DNA of 64,000 nucleotides from a bacterium (GTDB taxonomy: Bacteria > Verrucomicrobiota > Verrucomicrobiia > Chthoniobacterales > UBA6821), in the NCBI GenBank assembly GCA_037130175.1, contig JBAXTN010000001.1, positions 34,246-98,245 on the forward strand, written 5' to 3'. A program made the position numbers and the translations under genes. Each line of letters begins with the position of its first letter. The stretch's first letter is position 1. The notes below the pieces were generated by a model that did no database searches, was not told the origin of the DNA, and saw only the letters and a list, made by a program, of their open reading frames with translations. Shown piece by piece: positions 48,560 through 57,284 of the stretch.

Positions 48560-49612
48560 ATGAAATCGCACGGTATCATCCCACCTCTCTCCTTTCGCGA
48601 TGAGCGGTTTATGCGGATGGCCATTGAGGAGGCGAAGCTGGGGATCGGAAAAACAGCCCCCAATCCGGCTGTCGGAGCCGTCCTTGTAAAAAATGGCCGT
48701 CTGCTTACCAAGGGGTATCACCATGCCGCCGGAATGCCACATGCAGAAATCGAAGCCTTGAGACAAGTCACGACGACCCAGTCGCAAGGAGCCACGATCT
48801 ATATCACGCTCGAACCTTGCAGTTCACATGGCCGAACCCCTCCCTGCACGGAGGCGATCATTGCTGCAGGTATAAAAAAAGTCATCTATGGTGCGACCGA
48901 TCCTGATGCACGGCATCAGGGGCGGGCAGCAAGGGTCCTTCGTGCAGCGGGTATCGAGGTTGTCATGGGATACCTCGATGAAAGGTGTTCGGCACTCAAC
49001 ACCCACTGGAATCATCTTCAGACAACCCGGCTCCCCTGGATCATTGCCAAGGCGGGGATGTCCCTCGACGGACACCTTGATTCTCCTCCGCACCGCCGCT
49101 GGATCACTTCAGCGCAGAGTAGAAAGGAGACCATGAAGCTTCGAGCCTCAGTTGAGGCCATCCTTGTCGGCGGAGAAACAGTTCGCACGGATGATCCCTC
49201 ACTCACCATACGAGGCATCAAACTGACAAAGGGAACACCCCAACCGTGGCGTGTGGTTTGGACTCGCTCCGGCGATCTCCCTCCGAATGCGAAGATTTTT
49301 ACAGACAAGCACCGTGAGCGAACCCTGGTTTTCACTGGAAAGAGCCTCCACACAGTGCTCAAGGAACTTGGCAAGCGGGGGATTTCCAGCGTGCTGATCG
49401 AGGGAGGAGGGAGAACCCTTGGCGAGGCCTTTGATAAAAGACTAATCGATGAAATCCGATTCTACATCGCCCCGATCGTGCAAGGAGGAAGTGTCCCTGC
49501 CGTGGCAGGGCGATACCGATCGATGGGGCGTCCTATCAGACTCAGCAAGGTCATTTACACCCGGATCGGCTCCGACCTGGTGATTTCAGCCAATGTGCTG
49601 AAAAAGGGTTGA
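48560..49612 (+). CDS. ribD: Riboflavin biosynthesis deaminase/reductase
   Basis: PNPAVGA, HAE, TLEPCSSHGRTPPC, SLDG, LIEGG; start ATG at 48560. Confidence 0.95.
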   Translation: MKSHGIIPPLSFRDERFMRMAIEEAKLGIGKTAPNPAVGAVLVKNGRLLTKGYHHAAGMPHAEIEALRQVTTTQSQGATIYITLEPCSSHGRTPPCTEAIIAAGIKKVIYGATDPDARHQGRAARVLRAAGIEVVMGYLDERCSALNTHWNHLQTTRLPWIIAKAGMSLDGHLDSPPHRRWITSAQSRKETMKLRASVEAILVGGETVRTDDPSLTIRGIKLTKGTPQPWRVVWTRSGDLPPNAKIFTDKHRERTLVFTGKSLHTVLKELGKRGISSVLIEGGGRTLGEAFDKRLIDEIRFYIAPIVQGGSVPAVAGRYRSMGRPIRLSKVIYTRIGSDLVISANVLKKG

Positions 49613-49633
49613 GAGGGAACCGCTCACTCCGAA

Positions 49634-49673
49634 TAAGAAAGACCCTGCGGAATACTCCGCAGGGTCTTTCTTA
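49634..49673. terminator. Bidirectional terminator between ribD and the BMC operon
   Basis: Perfect 18-bp stem TAAGAAAGACCCTGCGGA-ATAC-TCCGCAGGGTCTTTCTTA between convergent genes. Confidence 0.88.
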
Positions 49674-49691
49674 GAGTGGTTTAAAAGAATC

Positions 49692-50615
49692 CTACTTGAT
49701 TTTTGCGAGGGTATCCTTGAGGGCCTTTGCCGATGAAGTGAGGGCCTGCATTTCCTTGGGCCAAAGTTCCAGTTCAAGATGTTGTAACACTCCGCTGCGA
49801 CCTACAACCGTAGGCACGCTGATACTCACATCGCGGATCCCGTAGGCACCTTGGACAGGACTGGATACAGGCAGGACAAGCTGGCGATCAAGAGCAATGC
49901 AGTCGATCACCTCACGAATGGACACACCGACTGCATAACCCGCTCCACCCTTGCGGGAGATCACTTCAGCACCGCTCTTCTGCGTGCGCTCAAAAATCTG
50001 CGTTTGGAATGTAGGCGTGATGCCGGGAAATTTAAGCAGGGGAAACCCATCGACCGATGCGGACGACCAGACTGGAAACATTGTGTCGCCATGTTCTCCC
50101 AAGATCATAGCCCTGACCTGCGTGGGAGGCAGTTTTAATGAGGAGGCGATCAGTGAGCAGAAGCGCGAGGTGTCCAATACTGTCCCAAGTCCCAACACCT
50201 GATTGGCGGGAAGTCCTGTATCCTGAAAAGCAAGATGAGTAAGAATGTCCACCGGGTTGGAAACGACCAGAAGGATCGCATCTTTGCGAAGCCCCGCCTC
50301 CTTGAGTTGCTGGATGATTCCGCGGAACAGCGTGACATTGCGGTTGATCAGATCAAGACGGGACTCATCCGGTTTACGGCGCAGTCCGGCGGTGATGCAG
50401 ATAAGATCAGCCTGGGCACAATCGGAATAAGTTCCGGCATAGATGTTTTGATCCGCGCAATAGGCAGCACCATGCAGAAGATCGAGAGCCTCACCTTCCG
50501 AGGATGCCTGGTTGGCGTCAAAGAGAATAATTTCCTTGACGATGCCGGAACACTGAAGGGCAAACGCCGCGCAGGAACCGACGCGACCACCACCACCGAT
50601 GATTGCTACTTTCAT
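49692..50615 (-). CDS. Lactate/malate dehydrogenase-family enzyme of the BMC operon
   Basis: GGGGRVG, AGLRRKPDESRLDL, VSNPVD, GTVLDTSRF, GEHGD. Confidence 0.9.
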   Translation of the reverse strand: MKVAIIGGGGRVGSCAAFALQCSGIVKEIILFDANQASSEGEALDLLHGAAYCADQNIYAGTYSDCAQADLICITAGLRRKPDESRLDLINRNVTLFRGIIQQLKEAGLRKDAILLVVSNPVDILTHLAFQDTGLPANQVLGLGTVLDTSRFCSLIASSLKLPPTQVRAMILGEHGDTMFPVWSSASVDGFPLLKFPGITPTFQTQIFERTQKSGAEVISRKGGAGYAVGVSIREVIDCIALDRQLVLPVSSPVQGAYGIRDVSISVPTVVGRSGVLQHLELELWPKEMQALTSSAKALKDTLAKIK

Positions 50616-50648
50616 AATTTTGTTAATTTAATAGTCAGGGGTTTATAC

Positions 50649-51707
50649 TTATTTCTTGAGATTTGACATGATGGCATCGGTCAGTTGCTGAACAATTGCA
50701 TCAATTTCGGGATCGCTTGGAGCTTTGGCATCAATCGTCATCGGATTCCATGGAGTGACCGGTGAAGAGCAGCCCCTGGAGCCACACATCTCCTGCCATG
50801 GATCCACCTCTGAAAGTTCGGCGACTTTCAATCCATAACGATCATCGGGTAATCCCATCTTCTTTTTGAGGGTCAGAAGTTCACCCAACCCCTCGCCGGA
50901 AATGGCACTGGAACCCGGGAGTGACTGGGCGAGAATCACAGTTCGGCAATAGGCATCCGTAATCTCCATCTTGAAGTAGGCATCCTCAACGGAAGTTCCC
51001 CAGCAGATCACACCGTGATTGCCCATGATGATGGACTGATGCTGGGGAGCAAGAGGTCGAATCGACTCGGCCATCTCTGGAGATCCGGGAGTCTTGTATT
51101 CGGCAACCGCAACAGTTCCGACAAATACTTCCAGTTCGGGAATCAGACGAGGGGGAGGTTGCAGCCCCTTGATAGCAAAGGCACCTGCGTTGCAGGGGTG
51201 AGCATGACAGACCGAAGCGGCGGCAGGAGTGGTCTCATAAATGGCCGCATGCGTCATGAACTCGCTGGAGCGCTTCCATGTGCCGGCCAACTGGGTGCCC
51301 TTGCCATCCACCAGACAGAGCATGTCGGGTTTCAGAAATCCCTTACTCACTCCTGTCGGGGTCACAAGGAATCTGTCGGCGCCCAAACGGGCCGAAATAT
51401 TACCTCCGTTGCCATCGCAATATTCGCGGAGCCAGATACGCCGGCCTATGTCGCAGATCTGTTCTTTAAGGGACTGCGCTTCCTTGGAGTTGAAGAGTGT
51501 CTCGTCTGCTGAATTTCCAGCACCCGTGGTGGTAGCAGGTTGTTGAACAGCTTCGGAAGTGGAGATTTCCTCAAACACCAGTTTGACATCAGATTCACTG
51601 AAGATGTCTTTTGCCCCCGGAGTGAGCCGGATTTCGCGATTATATTTGAATACCTTGGCCCCGGTCTTGACGAAGGCTTCTGCTTCTTTTTGTGCGATCA
51701 GTTTCAT
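50649..51707 (-). CDS. Class II aldolase (fuculose/rhamnulose-1-P aldolase-like) with an N-terminal extra domain and C-terminal encapsulation peptide
   Basis: GNGGNIS, TPTGVSK, SSE, HAHP, NHG; C-terminal DPEIDAIVQQLTDAIMSNL. Confidence 0.9.
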   Translation of the reverse strand: MKLIAQKEAEAFVKTGAKVFKYNREIRLTPGAKDIFSESDVKLVFEEISTSEAVQQPATTTGAGNSADETLFNSKEAQSLKEQICDIGRRIWLREYCDGNGGNISARLGADRFLVTPTGVSKGFLKPDMLCLVDGKGTQLAGTWKRSSEFMTHAAIYETTPAAASVCHAHPCNAGAFAIKGLQPPPRLIPELEVFVGTVAVAEYKTPGSPEMAESIRPLAPQHQSIIMGNHGVICWGTSVEDAYFKMEITDAYCRTVILAQSLPGSSAISGEGLGELLTLKKKMGLPDDRYGLKVAELSEVDPWQEMCGSRGCSSPVTPWNPMTIDAKAPSDPEIDAIVQQLTDAIMSNLKK

Positions 51708-51710
51708 AGT

Positions 51711-51989
51711 TTATTCCTTGTAAAAGATTTCATCCACCAGTGCGGCGCAGTAGGCGTCAACGGGTGTTGGCTTGGAAAACGGGCATGCTGCTTCGCGCCC
51801 CTCGCTGATGGCGATCTGTTGTCCCAGTCCTGCTCCCAGCTGGTCATAAACAACGATCGCCGGATCGTATTTCTCCGTTCCGGAAAGAGTTTCCTTTCTC
51901 CACGGAGTTGCAAGCAGAAGCCTTTCCCCCTGATAAGAGGGTATCCGGACAGAAAGGGTGACGCGCCCGATGACGGTTGCGATTCTCAT
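51711..51989 (-). CDS. BMC-P vertex protein (EutN/CcmL family)
   Basis: MRIATVIGRV..YDQLGAGLG..EGREA..PVDAY..LVD. Confidence 0.92.
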   Translation of the reverse strand: MRIATVIGRVTLSVRIPSYQGERLLLATPWRKETLSGTEKYDPAIVVYDQLGAGLGQQIAISEGREAACPFSKPTPVDAYCAALVDEIFYKE

Positions 51990-52249
51990 AGGGCGAGGCT
52001 CCTTTCCGGATCGACGATACCGAGTACCGTCCAACGCGCCGGGCTAAGATCATCACCGACCATTTTACGCGCCTCACTGCCATCGCTCGAAATGATCACA
52101 CTCTGACCGATACCGGCTCCGAGATTGTCGATCACAATCTGTGGAGGCACATCAGGGCTGTCCGGTACGGCGACAAGCAGACGCCAGCCTTCCAGGCTAC
52201 CGTGCTTGATCGTCGAGGTGACATGCCCCCTGATGGTTGCGGTTCTCAT
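51986..52249 (-). CDS. BMC-P vertex protein (EutN/CcmL family)
   Basis: MRTATIRGHVTSTIKH..IDNLGAGIG..SDGSEAR..GIVD. Confidence 0.92.
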   Translation of the reverse strand: MRTATIRGHVTSTIKHGSLEGWRLLVAVPDSPDVPPQIVIDNLGAGIGQSVIISSDGSEARKMVGDDLSPARWTVLGIVDPERSLAL

Positions 52250-52260
52250 GAATGAGGCGT

Positions 52261-53694
52261 TTAATACATATTGAGATTCTCGACCATGACGCAACGGCGG
52301 GAACGGGTGAAGGTCATCGGGGTCGTGACCCCCTCACCTGTCGGTGTGGCGATGCTGAAACTCAAAAAACCCTCCCCGCCCAATCCCAGACCCGTCATAC
52401 AGGGACCGTTCTTGATGAACAGTGTCGTGTCAATGTCCTTGGCCATCTTGGTAAGATTGCTGATATTCTGGCTGTGCATGATGCCGGTGTGTTTGTAGCC
52501 ATGCTCGGCTTTGATCGCCTCGGCAATCGCGGTGTCGACATCCGGAACGCGGACAATCGGAAGGAAGGGCATCATTTGCTCTTCATCCACAAAGATATGA
52601 TCCGCTTTGGTCTCGCCGAAGAGAAGCTGGGTCGAGGCAGGAATGTCGAGACCGATGGTCTTGGCCAGAACGGAAGCGTCGCGGCCGACAAGATCGCGAT
52701 TGACAACGGGATGAGGGCATCCGGCTCCTTCTCCCTTTGGAAAAACAAACGCCTTGGCGGCAAGAGCCTCGATTTGCGCTGCATCAAGTTGAACTGCCCC
52801 GGCCTTTTTCAACTCGGCGATGAGCTTGTCAGCCACGGATTCAACAACAAAAACCTCCTTCTCCCCGATACAGAGAAGATTGTTGTCATAGCTCGCACCC
52901 TGAATGATGGAAGCCGCCGCCCGCTTGAGATCAGCTGTTTCATCCACCACAACAGGAGGATTTCCAGGGCCGGCGCAGACCGCCCGTTTACCGGTTTTCA
53001 TCGCAATATTGACGATGGCAGGCCCCCCAGTGATGCAAAGCAGTCGCACCTTGGGGTGTTTGAACATCGCATCGATTGTCTCGAGGGTCGGCTTGACAAC
53101 ACAGGCCAGCAGATCGGGAATGCCTATCTCCTTGAAGATCGCCTGATTGTAGGCCTTTACAGCCATGGCAGCGCACTGGGCAGCTCCTGGATGGGCATTA
53201 AAGACAACAGAATTACCAGCAGCGATCATGTTGATCGCATTGCCGGTGAGAGTCGGCACGCTGTGGGTCGAAGGAGTGATGGCTCCTATGACACCCCATG
53301 GGGCAAAATCGATGATTGTCAGGCCAAAGTCCCCGCTGAACGCCATGCGCTCGAGCATTTCCACTCCGGGAACCAAATCGCCGCAGATCTTAAGTTTCTC
53401 AATCTTGTGATCCAGTCGGCCAATTTTTGTCTCTTTGAATTCAATGGTGCCCCACTCCTCGGCATTGGCCACACACATTTTTCGAATCACGGCGATCGCC
53501 TGTTTGCGGGCGGAAACTCCCAAGGTCCGGAGTTTCTGATAGGAGCGGTCTGCGGCCTCGATGGCATCCTCCATCTTTTCATACACACCGAAAGATGTTC
53601 CGCTTTGCTTTGGCTGGGTGGATTGATGGTTCTGAAGACGGTTGAGCACTTCACTCACCACCTGACCTATTATTTTTTCGTCGATAGTTGCCAT
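52261..53694 (-). CDS. CoA-acylating aldehyde dehydrogenase (EutE/PduP family) with N-terminal encapsulation peptide
   Basis: IDEKIIGQVVSEVLNRL; ETKIGR, GPGNPPVVVDETAD, DNNLLCIGEK, EQMMP, SFSIATPTGEG. Confidence 0.95.
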   Translation of the reverse strand: MATIDEKIIGQVVSEVLNRLQNHQSTQPKQSGTSFGVYEKMEDAIEAADRSYQKLRTLGVSARKQAIAVIRKMCVANAEEWGTIEFKETKIGRLDHKIEKLKICGDLVPGVEMLERMAFSGDFGLTIIDFAPWGVIGAITPSTHSVPTLTGNAINMIAAGNSVVFNAHPGAAQCAAMAVKAYNQAIFKEIGIPDLLACVVKPTLETIDAMFKHPKVRLLCITGGPAIVNIAMKTGKRAVCAGPGNPPVVVDETADLKRAAASIIQGASYDNNLLCIGEKEVFVVESVADKLIAELKKAGAVQLDAAQIEALAAKAFVFPKGEGAGCPHPVVNRDLVGRDASVLAKTIGLDIPASTQLLFGETKADHIFVDEEQMMPFLPIVRVPDVDTAIAEAIKAEHGYKHTGIMHSQNISNLTKMAKDIDTTLFIKNGPCMTGLGLGGEGFLSFSIATPTGEGVTTPMTFTRSRRCVMVENLNMY

Positions 53695-53726
53695 AGTTTA
53701 CTGAGGGAAAATCGTCATTGCTTGGG

Positions 53727-54035
53727 TCACTTCGCCCGGTAGACGCTTGATTTAGCTACTTCAACCTGATCCACGATGCCAATCACGACGGCATCCACGG
53801 GGGAGTTCTTATCCTCGGCTGCGAGTCGGGCGGAACTTCCCTGCACGACCAGGACAATTTCACCTTCTCCGGCCCCGAGGGAATCCACCGCAACCAGGGT
53901 GGTGGTGCCCGGTTTTAATTCGGTGGCCTTCGCGGAGTCGATCAGCAGGGGACGGACAACCAAAAATTTGGTGCCGGTCATCTTGCTGTTCTTTTTGGTG
54001 GCTACGATGTTGCCTTCTACTCGTGCGAGGATCAT
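53727..54035 (-). CDS. BMC-P vertex protein (EutN/CcmL family)
   Basis: MILARVEGNIVATKK..AVDSLGAGEGE..GSSAR..PVDAVVIGIVD. Confidence 0.95.
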   Translation of the reverse strand: MILARVEGNIVATKKNSKMTGTKFLVVRPLLIDSAKATELKPGTTTLVAVDSLGAGEGEIVLVVQGSSARLAAEDKNSPVDAVVIGIVDQVEVAKSSVYRAK

Positions 54036-54130
54036 GGGTGGAGGGGTTGCCTTCTGAGAGTCGGATTACCATGGAAGGGGAGTGATCAGACACTCTACCG
54101 ATCCAAGATCATCCGAATCGGGAAAGGGTC

Positions 54131-54412
54131 TTATTTTGATTTTGGAAGAACCACGGCCAGGTCACCATGCGGACGGGCGATGATGCTCGTGCTGATGACT
54201 TCACCGAGACTCTGTGCGGCGACTTTGCCTGCTTCAGTGGCAGCCTTGACAGAGGCTACATCACCGCTGACGCAGACCGTGACCATGGCATTACCGACCT
54301 GGGTCATGGGGCCGACGAGTGTGACATTGGCGGATTTTAGCATCGCGTCGGTTGCCTCGACGAGTGCGATCAGTCCGCGTGTTTCGATCATTCCTAGTGC
54401 TTGTTGTGACAT
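54131..54412 (-). CDS. BMC-H shell hexamer protein
   Basis: ALGMIETRG..DAMLKSANV..GDVASVKAA..IIARPH; start ATG at 54412. Confidence 0.95.
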   Translation of the reverse strand: MSQQALGMIETRGLIALVEATDAMLKSANVTLVGPMTQVGNAMVTVCVSGDVASVKAATEAGKVAAQSLGEVISTSIIARPHGDLAVVLPKSK

Positions 54413-54452
54413 GTGTGTTGGTGGGTTGAGTTTGATTGGTTGTGAGTTGTGT

Positions 54453-55637
54453 TTATTTACTTTCAGAGATTTTTGCCCAGGCATTGCGGGCGATGATGAG
54501 TTCCTCATTGGTGGGGATCACCCAGACAGCGATCTTCGAGGAGGAGGTCGAGATCATGGTCTCACTGGCACGGGTGCCTGCATTGAGTTCCTGATCGAGT
54601 TCCAATCCGCAGAAACCGAGATTGTCGCAGATCCTCGCGCGGAGTTCCGGACTGTTCTCGGCGATTCCCGCGGTAAAGACCACGGCGTCCGCGCCGTTCA
54701 TCTCCACAAGAAACTGTCCGATGAATTTGCGCACTGAACCGGTAAAGACATTCAAGGCGATGCGGGCATCCTCATTCCCTGATCCTGCTGCGGCGACGAT
54801 GTCCCGAATGTCTCCCGTCGGCAGTCCGGACATTCCCTTCAATCCGGATTGAGAGCAGAGTGCCTTTTCCACGACATCAAGGCCGAGTCCGAGATCCCTC
54901 GCCAGATAGATCAGGGCGAAGCAATCAAAATCCCCGACACGGTTATTCTGAGGCAGACCGCTCTGCGGAGTCATCCCCCAACTGGAGTTGATCGCCTTGC
55001 CATTGACAACGGCTGCTATCGAAGAACTTCCGCCAAGGTGACAGGAAATGATTCGCAGATCCTTTCTTCCCATGAGTTCCGCGCAGCGCTGGGTCACAAA
55101 ACGATGACTGGCTCCGTGAAATCCATAACGACGGATTCCATATTTGGACTCCCATTCCAACGGAATGGGGTAACGACGGTTCTCCATGGGCACATCGTCG
55201 TAAAAAGCGGTCTCAAAAGTGCCGATGCAAGGGATGCCGGGATAGAGTTTGTTGAAAAGACGAACGCCGGCGATGTACGGCGGATTGTGGGCGGGCAGAA
55301 GGGTGTTGAACGCCTCCATGGCCTTCAGCACACTCTCGTCCATGAACTGGGTGCCGCTGACATCACGGGCACCGACGGGCTTAAATCCCACTGCCGCAAG
55401 GCTATCGAATCCGCCAAGGGATTTTTCCACAAAGGATATCGCCGTGGCATAGTCGGGAAATGAACCGGTTCCCTTCTGTTTGGGTTCGTCGCCGATCCTC
55501 AGTTCAAAAGGGGCCTCATTGCTACCGATCCGCTCAATCCCGCCGCTGGCGAGTTGGCGTTCGGTGGGCATCTCGATCAAGCGAAACTTGAACGAGGTGC
55601 TGCCGATATTGGCAACGAGAATTTGGCTGGGTTTCAT
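54453..55637 (-). CDS. Acetate/propionate-family acyl kinase of the BMC operon
   Basis: ANIGSTSFKF, PAHNP, FETAF, RRYGFHGASH, CHLGGSSS, PTNEE. Confidence 0.92.
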   Translation of the reverse strand: MKPSQILVANIGSTSFKFRLIEMPTERQLASGGIERIGSNEAPFELRIGDEPKQKGTGSFPDYATAISFVEKSLGGFDSLAAVGFKPVGARDVSGTQFMDESVLKAMEAFNTLLPAHNPPYIAGVRLFNKLYPGIPCIGTFETAFYDDVPMENRRYPIPLEWESKYGIRRYGFHGASHRFVTQRCAELMGRKDLRIISCHLGGSSSIAAVVNGKAINSSWGMTPQSGLPQNNRVGDFDCFALIYLARDLGLGLDVVEKALCSQSGLKGMSGLPTGDIRDIVAAAGSGNEDARIALNVFTGSVRKFIGQFLVEMNGADAVVFTAGIAENSPELRARICDNLGFCGLELDQELNAGTRASETMISTSSSKIAVWVIPTNEELIIARNAWAKISESK

Positions 55638-55751
55638 GATCGGCTCAAAACCTCCCCCGACACTCACAATCTGAATCAACGCCAAATGGACCGGAACAGT
55701 TCATCGGCTGACAGCAGTTGATGTCGGGGGCTGGTTTCAGCTTGCAATAGA

Positions 55752-56054
55752 TTACTTTGCTGGCACGGCAGTCTTCCCAGTGAGGAATTTGCCAAGACCA
55801 ACCAGATCATCATGGGGACGAGGAATCACATGGACGGCGACGACCTCGCCGATCGAACTTGCAGCAGTCGCTGCAGCCTCGACGGCAGCCTTGACCGCGG
55901 CGACTTCTCCACGGACAAAAACCGCCACATTTCCGGAGCCTACCTTTTCCCATCCAATCAATTCCACATTGGCAGCCTTTAACATTGCGTCAGTTGCTTC
56001 AAACTGCGCGGTGAGACCTTTGGTCTCAATCATTCCGAGTGCTTGTCCAGCCAT
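55752..56054 (-). CDS. BMC-H shell hexamer protein
   Basis: [40 protein letters not shown]. Confidence 0.96.
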   Translation of the reverse strand: MAGQALGMIETKGLTAQFEATDAMLKAANVELIGWEKVGSGNVAVFVRGEVAAVKAAVEAAATAASSIGEVVAVHVIPRPHDDLVGLGKFLTGKTAVPAK

Positions 56055-56078
56055 ATTATTAATTTCCTAGGTTGAGGG

Positions 56079-56348
56079 TTAAGCTGCAAAAAACTTGACC
56101 AACTCGGCGGCTGGACGGGCGATCACATGGGAGGCAACAAGGTTGCCGACCCTAGTGGCGGCTTCACGACCAGCCTCGACGGCGGCCTTGATACTGCCCA
56201 CATCCCCCTGAACAACGGTTGTGATCAAGGCTCCTCCGATAGGGATGGATTTGATTAGTTTGACATTCGCAGCCTTGACCATGGCATCACTGGCTTCCAC
56301 CAGGCCGACATAGCCGCGAGTTTCGATTAGTCCGATTGCTTCGCTCAT
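56079..56348 (-). CDS. BMC-H shell hexamer protein
   Basis: AIGLIETRG..DAMVKAANV..PIGGA..GDVGSIKAA..HVIARP. Confidence 0.95.
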   Translation of the reverse strand: MSEAIGLIETRGYVGLVEASDAMVKAANVKLIKSIPIGGALITTVVQGDVGSIKAAVEAGREAATRVGNLVASHVIARPAAELVKFFAA

Positions 56349-56416
56349 TGTGTTTTTATTTGGGGTTGGGTTGATTTGGTTGAAAAGTGACGATTCCTGT
56401 TAACCAAGACGGCATT

Positions 56417-57094
56417 CTATCCGGCGTTTTCCTTAAAAAGCTCGACCTTGGTTGCCCTTTCAAGATCGCAGGCGTTTGCTTCATCCGTATCCATGTGAAC
56501 TTCCAGCTTGAAACTGGGGTCAACACGAACCAGAAGATCATCAAAACGGGTGGTGCAACCGGAAGAAGTTACCTTCAGCGTGATCTTGTCGAGATGCTTC
56601 ACCTTGTAAAAATCCGCATCCGAAGGGGACATGTGAACATGTCGCGCGGCACGAATGATGCCGTTCTTCATTTCAAGCATTCCTTTGGGACCCATCACAT
56701 AGCCGCCGGGCGTGCCCTCGATATCGCCAGACATTCTGACTGGAATATCGATTCCGAGCTGAATCGCATCGGTGATCGAGAGTTCGATTTGCGTGAGGCT
56801 GCGACAGGGGCCGAGAATGCGAAGATTCGGAATAATCCGCTTGCGGGGACCAACGAGCGTGACAGTCTGTTGTGACGCGAATTGGCCTTCCTGATAAAGC
56901 CACTTATGGACGGTCAATTCAGCTCCCTTGCCAAAAAGAATCTCCAGATTCTCGGGAGAGATATGCATGTGCCGGGCGGAGCTGTTAACCTCCAAAGTTG
57001 GAGCATGCGAGGTGGGCTGGCTGCGACCTATCCGGCTTAGCAGGGCGTCACGAACAAGGGATTCGACTACCGAACGACTGGGGGAGAGTTCCAT
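56417..57094 (-). CDS. pduL: PduL-type phosphotransacylase with N-terminal encapsulation peptide
   Basis: SVVESLVRDALL; SARHMH, LRILGP, RMSGD..GTPG, RAARHVHM, HMDTDEANA. Confidence 0.93.
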   Translation of the reverse strand: MELSPSRSVVESLVRDALLSRIGRSQPTSHAPTLEVNSSARHMHISPENLEILFGKGAELTVHKWLYQEGQFASQQTVTLVGPRKRIIPNLRILGPCRSLTQIELSITDAIQLGIDIPVRMSGDIEGTPGGYVMGPKGMLEMKNGIIRAARHVHMSPSDADFYKVKHLDKITLKVTSSGCTTRFDDLLVRVDPSFKLEVHMDTDEANACDLERATKVELFKENAG

Positions 57095-57113
57095 ATTTTT
57101 ATGAACGACATCG

Positions 57114-57176
57114 ATCATATAAATTATTTTGCCCAAGTCAACAGTTTTTTCTCATAATCTTTTTGGGAGCAAAATA
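57114..57176. promoter_or_regulatory. Divergent control region between the BMC operon and the transporter
   Basis: Minus-strand TTGACT (57136-57141) and TATGAT (57114-57119) with 16-nt spacing; imperfect inverted repeat TATTTTGCCCAA / TTGGGAGCAAAATA. Confidence 0.45.
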
Positions 57177-57284
57177 GGAAAGCGGATTGTCGTGAAGCAC
57201 TGCGGATCAAAGAGGGAGTATTGACCATTCCCCTTCGCTTAACTAGAGATAGTGTTTTCGTTTATTGCCCCCCATTTCCAACCC

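Noticed and set aside
52252..53742. 496-aa + strand ORF, and similar long antisense ORFs (3333-4166, 4698-5543, 36886-37809, 58377-59294)
   Set aside because: These are antisense shadows of well-supported genes with no recognisable motifs; common in GC-rich coding DNA
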